NCBI GenBank assembly: GCA_963760795.1
Contig: CAVXEP010000004.1
Span: 160,001-224,000, forward strand
Length of the DNA: 64,000 bases
Reading direction: 5' to 3'
DNA from: an uncultured delta proteobacterium
GTDB taxonomy: Bacteria; Desulfobacterota; Binatia; UBA9968
Shown: positions 62,962 through 64,000 of the stretch, piece by piece
Layout of the letters: every line of letters begins with the position of its first letter
Numbering within the stretch: the stretch's first letter is position 1
Notes under the pieces: generated by a model
Seen by the model: the letters and a program-made list of their open reading frames with translations, nothing else
Databases searched by the model: none
What the model was told of the DNA's origin: nothing
Made by a program: the position numbers and the translations under genes

Positions 62962-63609
62962 ATTGCTATCGTGATCGTCGCCATGCCTTACGGCGTCTTG
63001 AATCCACAGCGGTTGTCGCAGGCCTCGCGGTCATGCGTGGAGCGCGCTCTCGACTGGTGGCAAAAGTCGATGCAAACCACCAAGCACAAGACCTATTTGG
63101 TCTTGGCTGGCTATGACGTTGACCACGGGCAGGAAATCAAACTGCGCCGGGAACTCGTCGACGGCAAACTGCAAGATCCGGAACTCATCGGCAATATCGT
63201 CGAGGTTAGCGCCAACAACGAGGTTGGTTTGACGCAGAAGATCAGCCGTATCCGCGCCCTCCTGCCGGTGGAGACCATCACCGTATTCGTCGAGTCGCGC
63301 AACGCCATCAGCGTCAAAGCTATTTTTAAACGCAAGTTCGGTAAAACCTTGCAGATTAGAAAATTCAAAGCCGATTTTGAATTCAACCACCAGTGGATCA
63401 CGACTTCGACCTCGATCGCCTGGTCGGCGCGCAACTGGTCTTTACGGCTCTGGTTCGAATTGAAGAAACGGATGGGGCGTGGACTGCGCAAGAAAATCCG
63501 CTACTGGTTCAGATCAGAAATCTGTCGGGGCGAAAAATACTTTCGCCCCAGACCAGATTATTTTAGTCACGCGACTTTCGAGATCTTGGCGTTCACCTCC
63601 GCCGAATAG
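62962..63609 (+). CDS. Hypothetical protein, possibly DUF218/YdcF-like (start uncertain)
   Basis: AAAGGAG upstream; AIVIVA..G...LS..S...VERA....LVLAG pattern. Confidence 0.55.
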   Translation: MAIVIVAMPYGVLNPQRLSQASRSCVERALDWWQKSMQTTKHKTYLVLAGYDVDHGQEIKLRRELVDGKLQDPELIGNIVEVSANNEVGLTQKISRIRALLPVETITVFVESRNAISVKAIFKRKFGKTLQIRKFKADFEFNHQWITTSTSIAWSARNWSLRLWFELKKRMGRGLRKKIRYWFRSEICRGEKYFRPRPDYFSHATFEILAFTSAE

Positions 63610-64000
63610 CCTTTCTCCAGCCACCAGTGGGCGATCTCACTGCCGGTCGCAAACCACACGCCTTTATGGGACTTCATGTGACCGATGATATCGGACAAGG
63701 TCTTGGCTCTCCCGGCGCGGCTCGAGATATAGGGGTGAAATTGAAACGGACAAAAGGTCGGCGCCAGGCTCGACTCTTCGTAGAACTGGTCGAACATCCC
63801 TTTCCAGATCGCTAAGGTATCGTTGGGGTTGCCGGAATCGCGATGGCCGTAGGCGCGGCCGTCGCCGAATGGCTGGCGCGGCAGCTCGACGAGCTTTTTC
63901 TTGCCGTTCTGCCAGACAAACGGCAGATCGTGGGAGAACGAATTGCTGTTCCACAGATAACCCTGCTCCATCAAGAGCTCGATGCTATTGGGACTCTGGG
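63567..64000 (-). CDS. Polysaccharide deacetylase / PuuE-like protein (partial, 3' part)
   Basis: GYLWNS....DLP, FDQFYEE, HPYIS.RAGR, VWFATG.EIA.WW. Confidence 0.88.
   Translation of the reverse strand, partial: QSPNSIELLMEQGYLWNSNSFSHDLPFVWQNGKKKLVELPRQPFGDGRAYGHRDSGNPNDTLAIWKGMFDQFYEESSLAPTFCPFQFHPYISSRAGRAKTLSDIIGHMKSHKGVWFATGSEIAHWWLEKGYSAEVNAKISKVA

Overview
GC-rich chromosomal window. Its gene content (many orphan NitT/TauT- and Bug-type solute-binding proteins, amidohydrolases, cupins, VOC and UbiD enzymes, plus a tilS-ftsH-folP-cdaA-cdaR-glmM-pdxJ-nnr block) suggests a Deltaproteobacteria-like lineage, probably Candidatus Binatia; that taxonomy is an inference. About 14 otherwise intact genes carry single-base frameshifts, most likely long-read consensus errors. 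No rRNA, tRNA or CRISPR array was seen. The most notable non-genic signal is a set of intergenic inverted-repeat elements built from 7-, 8- or 9-nt periodic units, usually just after stop codons. They occur as empty hairpins, as a nested element, as perfect 17-bp arms around a four-helix-bundle gene missed by the ORF track (54173-54635), and as about 89-bp inverted arms around a 3.2-kb segment holding integron-like attC cassettes with no integrase (1572-4942). Other points: a sigma54/NtrC two-component system facing a 39-aa lipoprotein gene, a P4-like integrase remnant lacking its catalytic Tyr, a truncated VapC, a Cys-less maleate-isomerase-family protein, and several unannotated small ORFs.
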